Of a stretch of 64,000 nucleotides of DNA, positions 1 to 13,139 are shown piece by piece (the first letter of the stretch is position 1; the number at the start of each line of letters is the position of its first letter). Source of the DNA: Trichoplax adhaerens (Eukaryota; Animalia; Placozoa); NCBI RefSeq assembly GCF_000150275.1, contig NW_002060944.1:3200152-3264151 (forward strand), written 5' to 3'. The position numbers and the translations under genes are program-made. Under the pieces are notes generated by a model, which did no database searches, was not told where the DNA came from, and saw nothing but the letters and a program-made list of their open reading frames with translations.

Positions 1-173
1 ATTGTGATGTATATGGTATATACTATACGTGCGAGTATAGCATAGTAGCTTATTTCTACCAAATGGCTAACATGCAGAATGTTGTTTATTTGTAATATGA
101 TGCATTTAATACTGCGTCAATGTATCGAGGTATGGTACTAAATTTTCTTAATTAAAATATTTACCTGGTTTAG

Positions 174-3100
174 TGGCATCAACAACAAATGCACCAACAG
201 CTTCAGGTAAAAGTGCACATCATCGATAGCAAAATTTAATATTGTTAATGAATTGAACAGGCTTCTAAATATAATATGTGGCAATTGCATTACAAGTTTT
301 CATCATCCTATAGTTACTGTTCGCTTTTAAAATCTGACTATAGCTCTATCATTGATTATAACTTTATTGTATTATAACTCTCAATGATAGGAACTGAAGG
401 TCAAATTCGACTTGTAAATGGCAATGGCTACTCGTCCGGCCGAGTAGAAATATATCATAACGGCGTCTGGGGAACTGTTTGTGATGATAACTTTGGTATT
501 AGTAACGCCATAGTCATTTGTAGGCAATTAGGATTTTCATCAGCCGCTAATTACTCTTGTTGCGCTCAATATGGCCAAGGAAGTGGCACTATTTGGCTTG
601 ATAATGTCTCTTGTAGCGGTAGTGAATCTTCCATTAGCAGTTGTAATCACAATTCTTGGGGATCACATAATTGTGGCCACAGTGAAGACGTCGGTGTAGC
701 GTGTATAAACGGTAAGTAAAACAATTTTGAAATCTAACACGAGAGCCAGTAAATTAGTAATTTGATATTTCTATTAAATGGTGTTTATCTGTTTAAAGTA
801 GAAACCATTACGATTGAAATACAATAAACTTAATTTTAGTTAAATTCAGAAATTAATAAATTACGTTATATGCGATAGTTTAACGAGTCATTTATTTATA
901 GAAGTGATATGTCGCTAGTTAATTTATTTTAACAAATACTAGGTAGCTTTCTAAACTTCGTGTCTTTTATTTCTGTTACCGAAACTTTTGCCTAATGTTT
1001 TATAACATTGTAAATAATAGACAACTCTTGCTCATCAAATCCATGCTATAACGGTGGTTCTTGCGTATCGTATAGCGGTGGATATTACTGCTCTTGTAAT
1101 GGAAACTACTATGGCAATCGTTGCCAATATGGTATAAAAGCTGCTAAAATTGTTCTATAGACGCTCATATATTAAAATTATATATATCTTATAAATTTTC
1201 TTCTAATTACGAATTTAACTTTATATATCTTAGTTGATCCTTGTAGCTCTAATCCTTGCTTCAATAGCGGCTCATGCAGTATCGTTAACAACACTTACAG
1301 CTGTTACTGTAACGGAAATTACTACGGAAATCGTTGTCAATATTGTAAGTATATCATAATCTATACATGCGTATATCGTAGGAATTTATTTACAGTAATC
1401 CAATTTACAGCTACTAGAGAAGATTATTGACGATAGTAGTATGTATTGTAGTTCAGTAAAAGTAATAACATAATTTCTTCTATATATAGATCATAATCCG
1501 ACAACAGCTTCGACTACAGCTCCGGCTACGACTCAAACAGGTAACATATGTTTAATATGTTTTGCGATTAAATTTTTACAACATTGTGTAATTACTTCAG
1601 CATAATTAATTCTAGGCATTTAAAAGCAATACTGAGGCAATATGTAATTTATTACATAATTTGTATAGGCATTTAGTTATAGTATGATGTAAATATGTTT
1701 CAAGTTTTCATTATTCTATAGTTACTGTTCGCTTTTAAAATCTGACTATAGCTCTATCATTGATTATAACTTTATTGTATTATAACTCTCAATGATAGGA
1801 ACTGAAGGTCAAATTCGACTTGTAAATGGCAATGGCTACTCGTCCGGCCGAGTAGAAATATATCATAACGGCGTCTGGGGAACTGTTTGTGATGATAACT
1901 TTGGTATTAGTAACGCCATAGTCATTTGTAGGCAATTAGGATTTTCATCAGCCGCTAATTACTCTTGTTGCGCTCAATATGGCCAAGGAAGTGGCACTAT
2001 TTGGCTTGATAATGTCTCTTGTAGCGGTAGTGAATCTTCCATTAGCAGTTGTAATCACAATTCTTGGGGATCACATAATTGTGGCCACAGTGAAGACGTC
2101 GGTGTAGCGTGTATAAACGGTAAGTAAAACAATTTTGAAATCTAACACGAGAGCCAGTAAATTAGTAATTTGATATTTCTATTAAATGGTGTTTATCTGT
2201 TTAAAGTAGAAACCATTACGATTGAAATACAATAAACTTAATTTTAGTTAAATTCAGAAATTAATAAATTACGTTATATGCGATAGTTTAACGAGTCATT
2301 TATTTATAGAAGTGATATGTCGCTAGTTAATCAATTTTAATTAGAGGCACACGGATGACCTAGTTCATATCAAAAGTAGAACTTTAGAATTCAAACGTAT
2401 GAGTTGCTAATTATTACTACATATTTTAACGATGGCTTTTAAACTGAAAACTTGTTATAGCTTCTACGATCGCACCCTCAACCCAAGATACACAATGTAT
2501 GATACTAAAACATACTTTTAGATACATAATTATAAGTTGCACATAAGTTATTTACTATAGTACTGTCCGTGAGCATTAATAATTTTAAAGATACCAAATT
2601 TATTAAGATAATCATCGCATTTTCTTATTCGTCTAGATGAAGAGTGCTCATGCTTATTTTATCTAATATGATTATGATATTCCGTTGTAGCTTCTAATCC
2701 GTGCTCATCTTACCCTTGCTATAATGGTGGATCATGTTCATCCTACAATGGCACATATTATTGCTCGTGTTCTGGAAATTACTATGGAAATCGTTGCCAA
2801 TACGGTATTTCAATATTGTCTACTAATAGCGTCCATACTTATTTTATCTAATATGATTATGATATTCCGTTGTAGCTTCTAATCCGTGCTCATCTTACCC
2901 TTGCTATAATGGTGGATCATGTTCATCCTATAATGGCACATATTATTGCTCGTGTTCTGGAAATTACTATGGAAGTCGTTGCCAATACGGTATTTCAATA
3001 TTGTCTACTAATAGCGTCCATACTTATTTTATCTAATATGATTATGATATTCCGTTGTAGCTTCTAATCCGTGCTCATCTTACCCTTGCTATAATGGTGG

Positions 3101-6085
3101 ATCATGTTCATCCTATAATGGCACATATTATTGCTCGTGTTCTGGAAATTACTATGGAAGTCGTTGCCAATACGGTATTTCAATAGTGCAGTTCATAGCG
3201 TTAAACAATAATAAAGTCAGTAATCAGCTACCCTAGCTTTAAATTATTACTGCTATTTTAACAATGATTTTAAACTCAAAACTCGTTGTAGCTTCTGCAA
3301 GTGCACCTCCGACCAAGGTACACAATGTATGATACTAAAAATATAATACAGTACTTGTAAATGATTTACTCACTATAGCACTGCCTGTCACCATCGATAA
3401 TTTTATAGATTCTAAATTTATTACGATGATCATCGCGTTTTCTAAATCGCCTAGATTAACAGTGCTCATACTTATTTTATCTAATATGATTAAAAATACA
3501 ATTCTGCTATAGCTAGTAATCCATGCTCCTCAAACCCTTGCTATAATGGTGGATCATGTTCATCCTATAACGGCACATATTATTGCTCGTGTTATGGAAA
3601 TTATTACGGAAGTCGTTGTCAATACGGTATTTCAATATTTGGTTGCTGATAGCGTTAAATATTAATAAAGTCAGTAGTCAGTTACCCTAATTATAAATTA
3701 AATTATTACTACATATTTTAACAATGCTTTTTAAACTCAAAACTTGTTATAGCATCTACGACCGCAGCTTCAACCCAAGGTACACAAGGCATGATACATA
3801 AACACAGTTTTATATGATTTACTCGTAATCGCACTGTTAGTGACCATTGACGATTTTATTTTATTATATTTTATAATATTTTATAATATTTTATAGAATT
3901 TTATAGATTTTAAATTTATTGCAGTAAGACAGATGTGTTAATGCAACGGGTTTTTATATACTACTATACGATAATAGCGTATATATGCTATAACGAGGTA
4001 TAAATACAGTGTTTGATGTTTACCAGTAAGGATAGATAATTTCGTTAGATTACTATTCTGTATATATTTTATGCAGTAATATATACTTGAAAAAGCATAA
4101 AGGCTAAACCAAAAATTTTCAATGTTTCATGACCTTGTTGCTATAGGATCTTCGCTATCAGGTAAATATAGTATTACTTTATTCTAAAATTGTAATTTAC
4201 ATGCATGTACACACTTGGATAATTTTCATCATCTTTGTTGTCATTTCAATAAATATCTTGAATATTCTTAGCTTTCATTTTCGTTTCATATTGATGGCTA
4301 AACTGTGCACTGTACATTTTTAATTAATAGATGAATTTAATACCTTTGTATGTAACTTTATTTAACCTACTAGCTTTAAATTGTACCTTTGACTATGGTG
4401 TTTGCGATTGGATCACCAATCATTTCAATTATACCGATTGGGTTCGAAACCAAGGATCAACATCAAGTTATGATACTGGCCCAACTGGAGATCATACGTC
4501 TGGATCAGGTTATTAGATGCAGGACTTGAAATTATTAAGTGTGAACAGTGCCCAATAAGTGGATTAATTTGCATTTGATCCATTCCATCTAATAGGCTTC
4601 TATATGTATACTGAGACATCATCACCACGAGAACCTGGAGATAGATATTTAATCGAGAGTCGACCATTTACCACTAGCCAGGCGTTCTGTTTCACTTTCT
4701 GGTATAATATGTATGGCAACGCAATGGGAACTCTGCAACTGAGGGATTATGGTTCTGTTCTGCTATCCTTTACTGGGAATCAAGGGACTAGTTGGCACAA
4801 GGCTACTGTTACTATAGGACAAGGCTCTCACTTGGTAACGAAGTGTATTTCTTTCTTTAAATTTGTTACAATTATATTAGATGCTAACAATTTTATCATT
4901 CAATACTGATGGGCTTGATTCAGTATTAAAGTGCCGATACTGTAGTTTTTAAAATTTTTTTAGCTTTTAATTAATATTGAAGGATTATCTATCTATTTTT
5001 GTGTCCTAACACATTCACACTCACTCTATTTCATCTAACTATAAAATCAAAATTAAAGCTGGCTCCTCATGGTTGGAATTGGAACTGCAAATCACATTTG
5101 CTAACTTATAATTGTTTTTATTATGGTATTTTACTTTTAGCTACAATTTCTAGGAATAAGAGGCTCAGATTATACCAGTGATATGGCAATTGACGATACG
5201 TCCGCTAAGCCAGGAGTTTGTGGTAAGAAAAAGTCGTATGGAGTCTTGTTAGTAATTTACTCTACCTTGCTGGATTTTCTCGTAAGATCATGATTATACC
5301 GTAGTAACATTGCAAAAAATAAGAACCGTTTCCTTCAATTACTATTATGAGAATTAAGAAAATTAATTGCAGTAATCCTTTTAAAAACATATGAAATTAC
5401 AATCAAAAATAACCTTTGAAAAAACTAATATCGATGTAGTACCACAAATCGGATTTTCCTGGCTATTGTAAAAAAAATAATATAAGAATTTCGGCTCTTA
5501 AAAAATAGCCTATAAAGTACACTGAAGCTACATTCAGGAATAGTGATTTAGAAGGCTATTATACATGCCTGTCTAAAAATAATCTACGCCATAATACCGA
5601 AAAATTAATTTGTGACGATAATATTTGTTACTTGCAGCCATGTAGAGTCAAACTGGTAAATCAAAGCTTATAGTCCGATATGATATCTCAGACACATCGG
5701 CTTTGAATATACTAAGAAATGCTGTAATATGCATCATTTCCGTAGTGTATTACATATATAAGATGGAATATGCTTGTCAAGTAATATGGAATAGCCAAAG
5801 GACGTTAAAAGTGTTTCTTAAATTCCTAATTTTTAAGGTGTTGCCAAAGATTTCGATAGAACAGTTTATTTCGACCGTGAAAAAAACTTTAGAGGTACGT
5901 GGAAGAGAAAGATTTAGGGATCCTTTCATATCAAGTCATAAATTATTTGTTTTATATATGAAGTTATATGGCGATATTGTTTGGAGCTAGAAGTAATAAC
6001 TTTTTTTTTTTCTGGAGTAGACGATGCAGATATAGATTTTCAAGAGGAACAAGATCTAGATCGCATCATGCAGGATTTAGATTAA
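174..6085 (+). CDS. Gene A (5' end outside window): mosaic protein ...linker-SRCR-EGF-EGF-T-rich linker-SRCR-EGFx4-linker-MAM-acidic tail; no TM segment or ZP domain
   Basis: GT-AG exons traced by eye: 174-206, 391-711, 1021-1131, 1234-1344, 1490-1540, 1799-2119, 2691-2804, 2876-2989, 3061-3174, 3513-3626, 3753-3779, 4147-4161, 4374-4508, 4596-4834, 5141-5222, 6021-6085. Frame stays open; stop TAA 6083-6085; AATAAA at 6123. Confidence 0.85.
391..711 (+). CDS. SRCR domain exon (single exon, phase 1-1)
   Basis: [55 protein letters not shown]; bounded by ag and gtaagt; 321 nt. The ORF-track Met lies in the intron. Confidence 0.97.
1021..1344 (+). CDS. Two EGF-like exons (1021-1131, 1234-1344)
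   Basis: [34 protein letters not shown] and CSSNPCFNSGSCSIVNNTYSCYCNGNYYGNRCQY; 111 nt each, canonical splice sites. Confidence 0.93.
1799..2119 (+). CDS. SRCR domain exon, identical to 391-711
   Basis: Same 321-nt sequence and splice sites. Confidence 0.95.
2650..3185 (+). repeat. Tandem 185-bp unit x3 (114-nt EGF exon + 71-nt intron)
   Basis: Exons 2691-2804, 2876-2989 and 3061-3174 encode SNPCSSYPCYNGGSCSSYNGTYYCSCSGNYYG(N/S)RCQY; introns near-identical. Confidence 0.95.
4374..5222 (+). CDS. MAM domain (three exons: 4374-4508, 4596-4834, 5141-5222)
   Basis: CTFDYGVCDW..TGPTGDHTSGSGFYMYTETS..FCFTFWYNMYG..MGTL..GNQGTSW..RGSDYTSDMAIDD..GVC matches the MAM consensus. Confidence 0.95.
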
Positions 6086-6122
6086 TAGACTATTAAGTAA
6101 CTAGAACCTTTGGACTACCTGC

Positions 6123-6128
6123 AATAAA
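6123..6128 (+). terminator. Polyadenylation signal of gene A
   Basis: AATAAA ~38 nt after the stop of the terminal exon DDADIDFQEEQDLDRIMQDLD*. Confidence 0.6.
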
Positions 6129-7949
6129 GTAAGTAATCAATCTGAACAAGTTTATGATGTATTGACATTGTTGCATAAGAAATGTCGACAGTAAATTTTC
6201 ATATTCTTAAAAGCCTCGGTATTGTCATGAGATCTCTAAGATTTTATATGAAATATTTAAAAGTTTTGTCATTTTGAGTCCGACAATACATTTGAATTTC
6301 AAATATGTAAGCGATAGCTATTACATAACAGTAAATTTAGTCGCATATTAACGCGAGTTTTTATAAGCTTTCATGACTTATCTACATAGTTTGGTATTTA
6401 TGAATTAATATTGTATTTGAATGCTATGTTAGATATCGTATGTTCACATTAACTTATATAAGTATGATTTCTAATCGTCATATGCCGTAAATCTTATTTA
6501 TCTCTTTTTTCGAAATAGTTATACTACAGGTCATCGTTTAGGATGCAGACACTAACTCCCACTTTAAAGATAGGAAAATATTCAAAACCTACAAATAGAT
6601 CATTTTCTTTGCGTGCTAGATAAATTAGTCGTCGTTGTCATTGCTATCTTTTGTCTGGTTTTCTTTAATATGGTTTTACTTAAGCATTCTCATTGATATA
6701 GATGATTAAATATATAATGGTTAGATATTTTCAAATAAACGGCATTACAAATAATGTGATACAAACTTACCATTACTAAATGCTGGCCATAACCATTACT
6801 TTTACTGGCCTTTGACACTTCCACAATCAGACAAGATTAAAATTTGATCGCTTAATCAACGTAAATGAGCCAGCATAATTTTCTTCATTTCGTATAATCG
6901 AACTATTAGATAATATAAAGTTAATATGCTTCTACTTTAGAGTCAACGTAAAGTAAAGTTTTCCACTATTAGTATCCATAATAATAGCGGGCTAAGAGTA
7001 AAATCTTTTGAATTTCGAGCTTTAGACGGCTATGCAAGTGCCTTTAAGTACAGTACAATATTTATCCTATATATATATCATATTACTCTACGAAGGTGTT
7101 GAATTACATTGTATGCCTACATCTCTGTCAAAATATGTATATCTCCTACAGGGAGATGATGTTCATATACTTGATCCAACTTTATCGGGATTAATTTAGA
7201 AAATTTATTTAGTGCATTTAGTATAAACCGATGTGATTTGATAAAATGATCTATACTGCAATCATGATCGTAAACCTACTTATGAATGATTCACTTAATC
7301 CATAGACATAGGGCTTCGTATAATGTATTTTTAGGTACATAGTTCACTACGAGGAATAAAGACAGCACAAGTCAATAAATCAAATACAAAACGTCTTTAT
7401 GCCTAATTTAAATTAAAATCCGTTTTATTATAGGTTCTACTAAATATATATCATATAAACCTATCAAAAAAGACCTAAATTCCAACGAGTACGAATTTGT
7501 CGAAAGCTCTCAGTAAGACGATGACAAAAAAGTTTATAAGTTTTGCAATTTTATACATCAAATCAATCAGTAAAATTTTTCGGCGAGTTTATCTAGGATA
7601 GCAAGCTAGTAAATACATACCTTAACTACTAAATGATAATCGCTCTCGTTGCTAATTCTTTTTGAAGATAGTTTCAATCTCAAGATGACGAAGAAATGCG
7701 AATAAAACTACATGAGGATATAGAAATGTGATAAAAGATTTAGAGAGCATGACGAATAAACGGTATTAATTTATCATAATACCAGTAACTTGACGATACC
7801 GAGCAAGTGCACTACCTACATGTAAAAAGCTTCAAAAGGCAGTATCATGATCCATTCTGATTAGCACAGGTACTTTGGTACACCGAATAAATCAGACCTA
7901 AGGAGCAGCTTAAAAAGCTTATTTCTTTCGGCAATAAGTATGTTCTGGT

Positions 7950-10900
7950 CATGATCTTATTCTGTAGTTTATACAGGAACATTTGCTGCCTGCAAACATT
8001 GCACGAAATGCAAATTGCAATTAGTATCTATAGACGTTTCGTTTTGTTTCCACTAAAGAATTTATTCGAACAAAAAGCCTCAGTTAGCTATTGCCATCAC
8101 TTATATGTTAGCGATATATCTCTGGTCAATGTATATAATTGGCATCTTTATGTAGCTTACATCAGGGACTGCTAGAAATAGCAGTAAGTCCCCTGCTTAC
8201 ATACACATCACCGGCATATTATCAAGCAAATAGCATTCTAAATGGGAGCATCCCTTTAAGCATCATATTTTCCTTCCTTTGCTTATTGGAAGCAATATTA
8301 GCTCTTGTGACTGGAAAATTTCCTATTTGAGAAATTTAGTATACTCGTAGCATTTTATACGAAGGATTCTTTGTGTAATTATATTTCTCCTTGTTGCCAA
8401 AGCTGATGAGTCTACCCATGACAATGTAATGCTTTTCAAATAGTTCGGCGATCTTTAGTGAAATCACCTCAAATCAGAACTTGCCCTCATTTTTAATTGA
8501 CGAGACAGCTTCTAAGCATCAGTTGATGTCAGCATTGTCTCATTTCTTTTTATAACCATTGGCAAGCAAAAGCCTAGAAAAACTTCAACTTCAATTACAT
8601 GTTACCAACATATTCTACAATGACCAAAAAGTAATCCTAAATCATAATTATTATATATAACATATACAAGACAATTCAGTAGGTAAATCATGGCATCGAA
8701 TGCAAGGGATAAACTTGACACCTGATGTGATCACACCATTTTCTATCCAATGGCTTTTGCTATGACTAAATCTAATCTATTACAAAATAAAAGCGAAAAT
8801 AAGACTATATTCTAATGTAGACAGTTAAAATCATTTAGTTATGATTATTTCTGATATTAGTAATGTATGTATATTTATTCCAATAGAATGGCTGGTGATT
8901 CAACGTATAAATTTTCTGTAGATTAATTATTCGGTTCCTATGTCATAAAGTATGTTGACAGTTATGATTTTCAGATCGACTTTTTAGTATCTCGTCTAGA
9001 AACTTAGTTTTACCCTTAAAATATATTTAATACACAGAGCAATTGTCGCAAACTCAAAATCGCATCCCCTTGGTTATAACTGACTTGCCACACCCTTAAA
9101 AATATCCTGATCAAAGAAGAAAATTATAGCATTAGTTCGAGATAAACATGAAATATTGAATATATTCAATTACGATAATACTTACTTTAGGGTCTGTTTG
9201 CAGAAAAAATATTGCACTCGGCCTCTAGAAAAGATAGGATGAATCTGCAATATATTGGGTCGTAGGATCCGGTCTCTTTCAGATCATCAATGAGCATAAC
9301 GCCACTTTCGTGGTACGAATTCTTCCAGTTATTCAAGACGAAGGATAAAAGATTTCATCGTAGTCATAATTTAGTTCCATCAGTACTTTTTCGCAATTTA
9401 TTACCTGGTCTCGGATTTTCTAGCTATTGCTCATAATAATCTGAAAGCATCATTCGTCTAGTCACTAAAGGATCAATCATAGCTTATAAAGTCAGCGCTT
9501 CATTATCGTTAATAGCTTTTACTTTTTTACCTAGTGAAATACGTTAGCAAACGGATACTAGTAGTCATCCTACGTTCTGTCTTCTATGTATGGCTAGCCT
9601 ATTTATTAGCATCAAATCCTAGTTATAATCGAGTTTCATCATTGCCAATAGTTTTTTGCAGCTTATTACCTCACGGGGAATTCGTTAGCAAACGAATAGC
9701 GATCCTGCATTAACTTGGGTCTGGAATTTCACAATTTTCTTTTCTAGCCATAGATTCTAACAATTTTTGAAAGCATGGCTTGTCTGAATTGTCTGAACTC
9801 TATATCAGCCTTCCGTTAGCGCTCTCTATCAAAACTAATTTTGGGAATCATTTACCTACTACTTTGCACAGCAAAATGTCCTCAGCTAAGATTTGGAAGC
9901 CTTTGCTTCGCTTCGATATCGCTCTAACGCTTTACTCTAGCTGCGTACAACAATTTCAAAATACAATTACCGTAGCGTTGGATATTTAAAAAAATAATGA
10001 ACCATTAAGGGTCGTTCCATTAAGGGTCGTCAGGTTATCTTTGTCTTTCATATGAGAAAGATGGCGTAACTGTATATCGTTGATTAGCAATTTAATCCGT
10101 CTAGCATTAGTAAATAAATCTCCAGATCAGTATTTGATAAAGGTATCGTAACTTAAAATTCAAATAAAATGGATTGTGATTTCATGACGTTTATTTATTG
10201 CTTGAACACTGCAATTTGGTAAATTATGGTGAATTTCTTTGCAAATAGTCCTCAAAATTCCAAGCAATCTTCACTGAATTTTAATAAGTTCAATTAATTT
10301 CTTCCGGAATGTTACTGAAATGGAACTTGCATATATTGATAGCCAGGCAAAATTTTGATAAATGACTTTGTTAATTAACTTAGCTCCTACTGTCTTGATA
10401 GCCTTGGTCAAGGAAAAATTTATTCTTCAGGCTTCTATTCTAAATTTCTTGGTATAAAAGGCAGTTTAAACGGCTAATACGTAAATTTGATCGGATAGTG
10501 TATTTCTTCCGTCTCCAGTCAGGCAGATCGATATCTGAAAGAAATACTTCGTCTGAAAGCGAATTTATACTTTCTATTTGGCTATGGTGCAAATACTTAA
10601 GGTGCTAAAATGACCTTAATTAAGTCAATACATTGCTCACCAACTTATAATTATTGGCACTCTGAAATTGGGCAGTATTTAATACTGCTAATGACGACTT
10701 CATCCTATTCTGATGCCTTCTGCATACTATAGAAAATGCTTAGCACAGTCCTAGCACAATCTTGTCACATCTTTATCCTAGTTAGGCGACATTGGCAGGA
10801 AATTATATTGCCTTTAAATAGCCGATAGTAGTAGTGCACTAGCTGGTATACTAATTGCTAATAATGAAGATTTTTACTAGTAAAATAGTAAAAAATTTAG

Positions 10901-11650
10901 TACCTTTATCTATGCTTAATTAATAGTCACAGCTTGAAAGAGCCAAATTTTGCACTTTAAAAGTGACAAAATTAGAACATTTGTAATAGCTAAATATCGA
11001 GTGTATTTGTACAGTACTTAGTAATTGGAATTCTGATGCTGGATAGCCTACCAGCTTCCATAATTAAATAGAAATTCTAAATTATAGTATTAGACTAGAA
11101 TAGAATTGTTAACATACACAATATCAAAGCTTTGACATCATAGCAGTCCAATATTACCACTATGGTTACTATATTTGAACAGAGTTTAAATACCAAACTA
11201 TAAAGCTTTACATTCATTTTAGCAAGATCATCATTAAATTTTATAGTAGCTTTGTCAGAAGCAAAGTTTGATATAAAAACTCTATAGAAGTTAGGGCCAT
11301 TACATTATTGCGTTGCATTCTTTAATGGTAATGTCATAATGTGCATGTGCGGCTTTGCACTCAATGCTAGGAAATTAACGCTTTCCTGAATACCATGCTC
11401 TGAATGCAATATCACTTGATACTTAAGTAGGAAAATACTATATCCCGGCTTAACTTAAGTCCTGACACCTTAGTATTACAATTTACCTTGATAGATGCAG
11501 TCTATTGGATATTAGACTGTTGAAAGTCATAAACTGCTACAAACGATATTGTAGCATTTCCGATGGTGGATGATTATATTATAACATTACCAGTAGATGG
11601 GGCAATGCAGCTCTACAACAAATTCTCTTTTTATTGATCTTAACTATTGA
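7950..11650 (-). pseudogene. Heavily decayed multi-exon gene remnant; possible Death-domain-like and TPR-like fragments
   Basis: Minus-strand donors (e.g. ~9185, ~9404, ~9670, ~11487) next to coding-like stretches with stops, e.g. LEEFVPRKWRYAH**..., I/LRVWQVSYNQGDAILSLRQLLCVL and a GKYDA fragment near 8270. Family assignment is weak. Confidence 0.3.
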
Positions 11651-13139
11651 CACTGTAGTAGTAAATTTTTTGCATTGATAAACTGTATTACACTAAATCG
11701 CGGATTATTGGAAAAATTAGTATGAAGGTTAGGCCTTTGATTAATTCATAGTATTCGATAGAGTATCCGAAGACTGCACATACATTGCTTTTAAAGGACC
11801 AAATTGGTATGTGTATTTTGATCTTTTATGGAATTTAATTCAATTACTTGTTTCATTGCTACTCTTGTAGCTGTAAGACTCTTTGCTAGATATTTATTCA
11901 TTTTAATGATCGGTTGGGTGTTTGAACTCTACTCATATATTGTTTTTAAATGGCCATATTGGTAAGTGTATTTTGATACTTTTATGAAATTTAATTCAAT
12001 TACTGTTTCGTTGCTACTTTTGTGGCTACATGACTCTTTGCTTGACATCAAAAATGGACTAAAGCTTAGCCAAACTTCCATCCTCGAATAAATTTCAATG
12101 GAATATTTTTATTTTTAGCATATTCTATAATTATCTACTGTCTAATTAACGTACGACTACTATATTGAGTTGCAATTATTTCTATACAGTATAGTGTTCA
12201 AAATTGCCCCTTGCTCTATTCTGTGTTCTACATCATTTAACAGTTTGGAATTTTTAAGGAATTAAATATTCCCTTTTCGTTAAGGCTACTACTATATAAT
12301 TCGTTCAAGTATCAAAACTGAATTACGGTTGAATTCAATTCCCTATCTGATTTCCTATTTCGTATTAAATCGAATTCCAGAGAAGTGAAGAATAGAATAC
12401 TGTACGTAGAACTTGCTGAAAAAATTTTAGTTAAATAAATAAAGTAGTTAGTATCACGTACCGCCTGCAGACATAATTATGAAATCATAGCTAAAGTTCA
12501 AAGAATTAATTGGTCTTAATTATATTAAAATAGTTCTAGGTGCTGTGGAGAGTATGAAATTCATCTGATATCACGAGTCACGACATTGAAGAAGTTTCGG
12601 ATCAACCTGAAAGAACGAGTCCTATAAAAATTGTACAGTGTACTATCAGAAGCTGGGTGCTTTCGCTGAATATACGTACAGTAGATATTTATCACTAAAT
12701 TAACTTTAAAAAATAAAAATATTTTATAATTTGCCTATTGATAATAAATGATAATTTCAGGAAAACTACTAAATTTACTATTTCTAGGCTATAAACGACT
12801 CAGAAATGAAACGCTATCGCGTACGATATACGTAGATGTTTTTTAACTTTAACTGACAGTTATCACCGAAGAGAATTTTAATAATCCAACAGCTTTAAAC
12901 CTAGCACAAATAGTCAGTGTTAGATAGTGCATAGGCTTTCTACGGATAGTGCAAAGTAATGGTACAGGTATAAGATTAGGTCAAGTGTAAATTGTACACC
13001 CATAGCTATAGCATTTTACAGTTTACAAGATAGGGTAAGCCTTGCTACTATTTGGATAATACATGTTTCTGCTAGAGTCCGAGATTGACGATGTATTTTT
13101 CCATAATCACGTTAGTATAAATTAGCAGAATAGAAAGGA

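Larger units (their letters stand above)
308..2331 (+). repeat. 616-bp direct duplication (308-923 = 1716-2331) covering the SRCR exon and flanking introns; diverged third copy at ~41690-42320
   Basis: No mismatch found by eye at offset 1408. Confidence 0.92.

Noticed and set aside
2650-3185. CRISPR-like regular repeat
   Set aside because: The units are duplicated EGF exon+intron with no unique spacers; eukaryotic context, no cas genes.
5703-5990. 95-aa ORF in the last intron of gene A, and similar AT-rich ORFs (27821, 33442, 37715, 60981)
   Set aside because: Low-complexity I/L/F/Y-rich translations typical of AT-rich non-coding DNA; no splice or domain support.
11790-12050. ~155-bp tandem duplication with intron-like signals
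   Set aside because: A real duplication, but the exon-like part has stops and no recognisable product.
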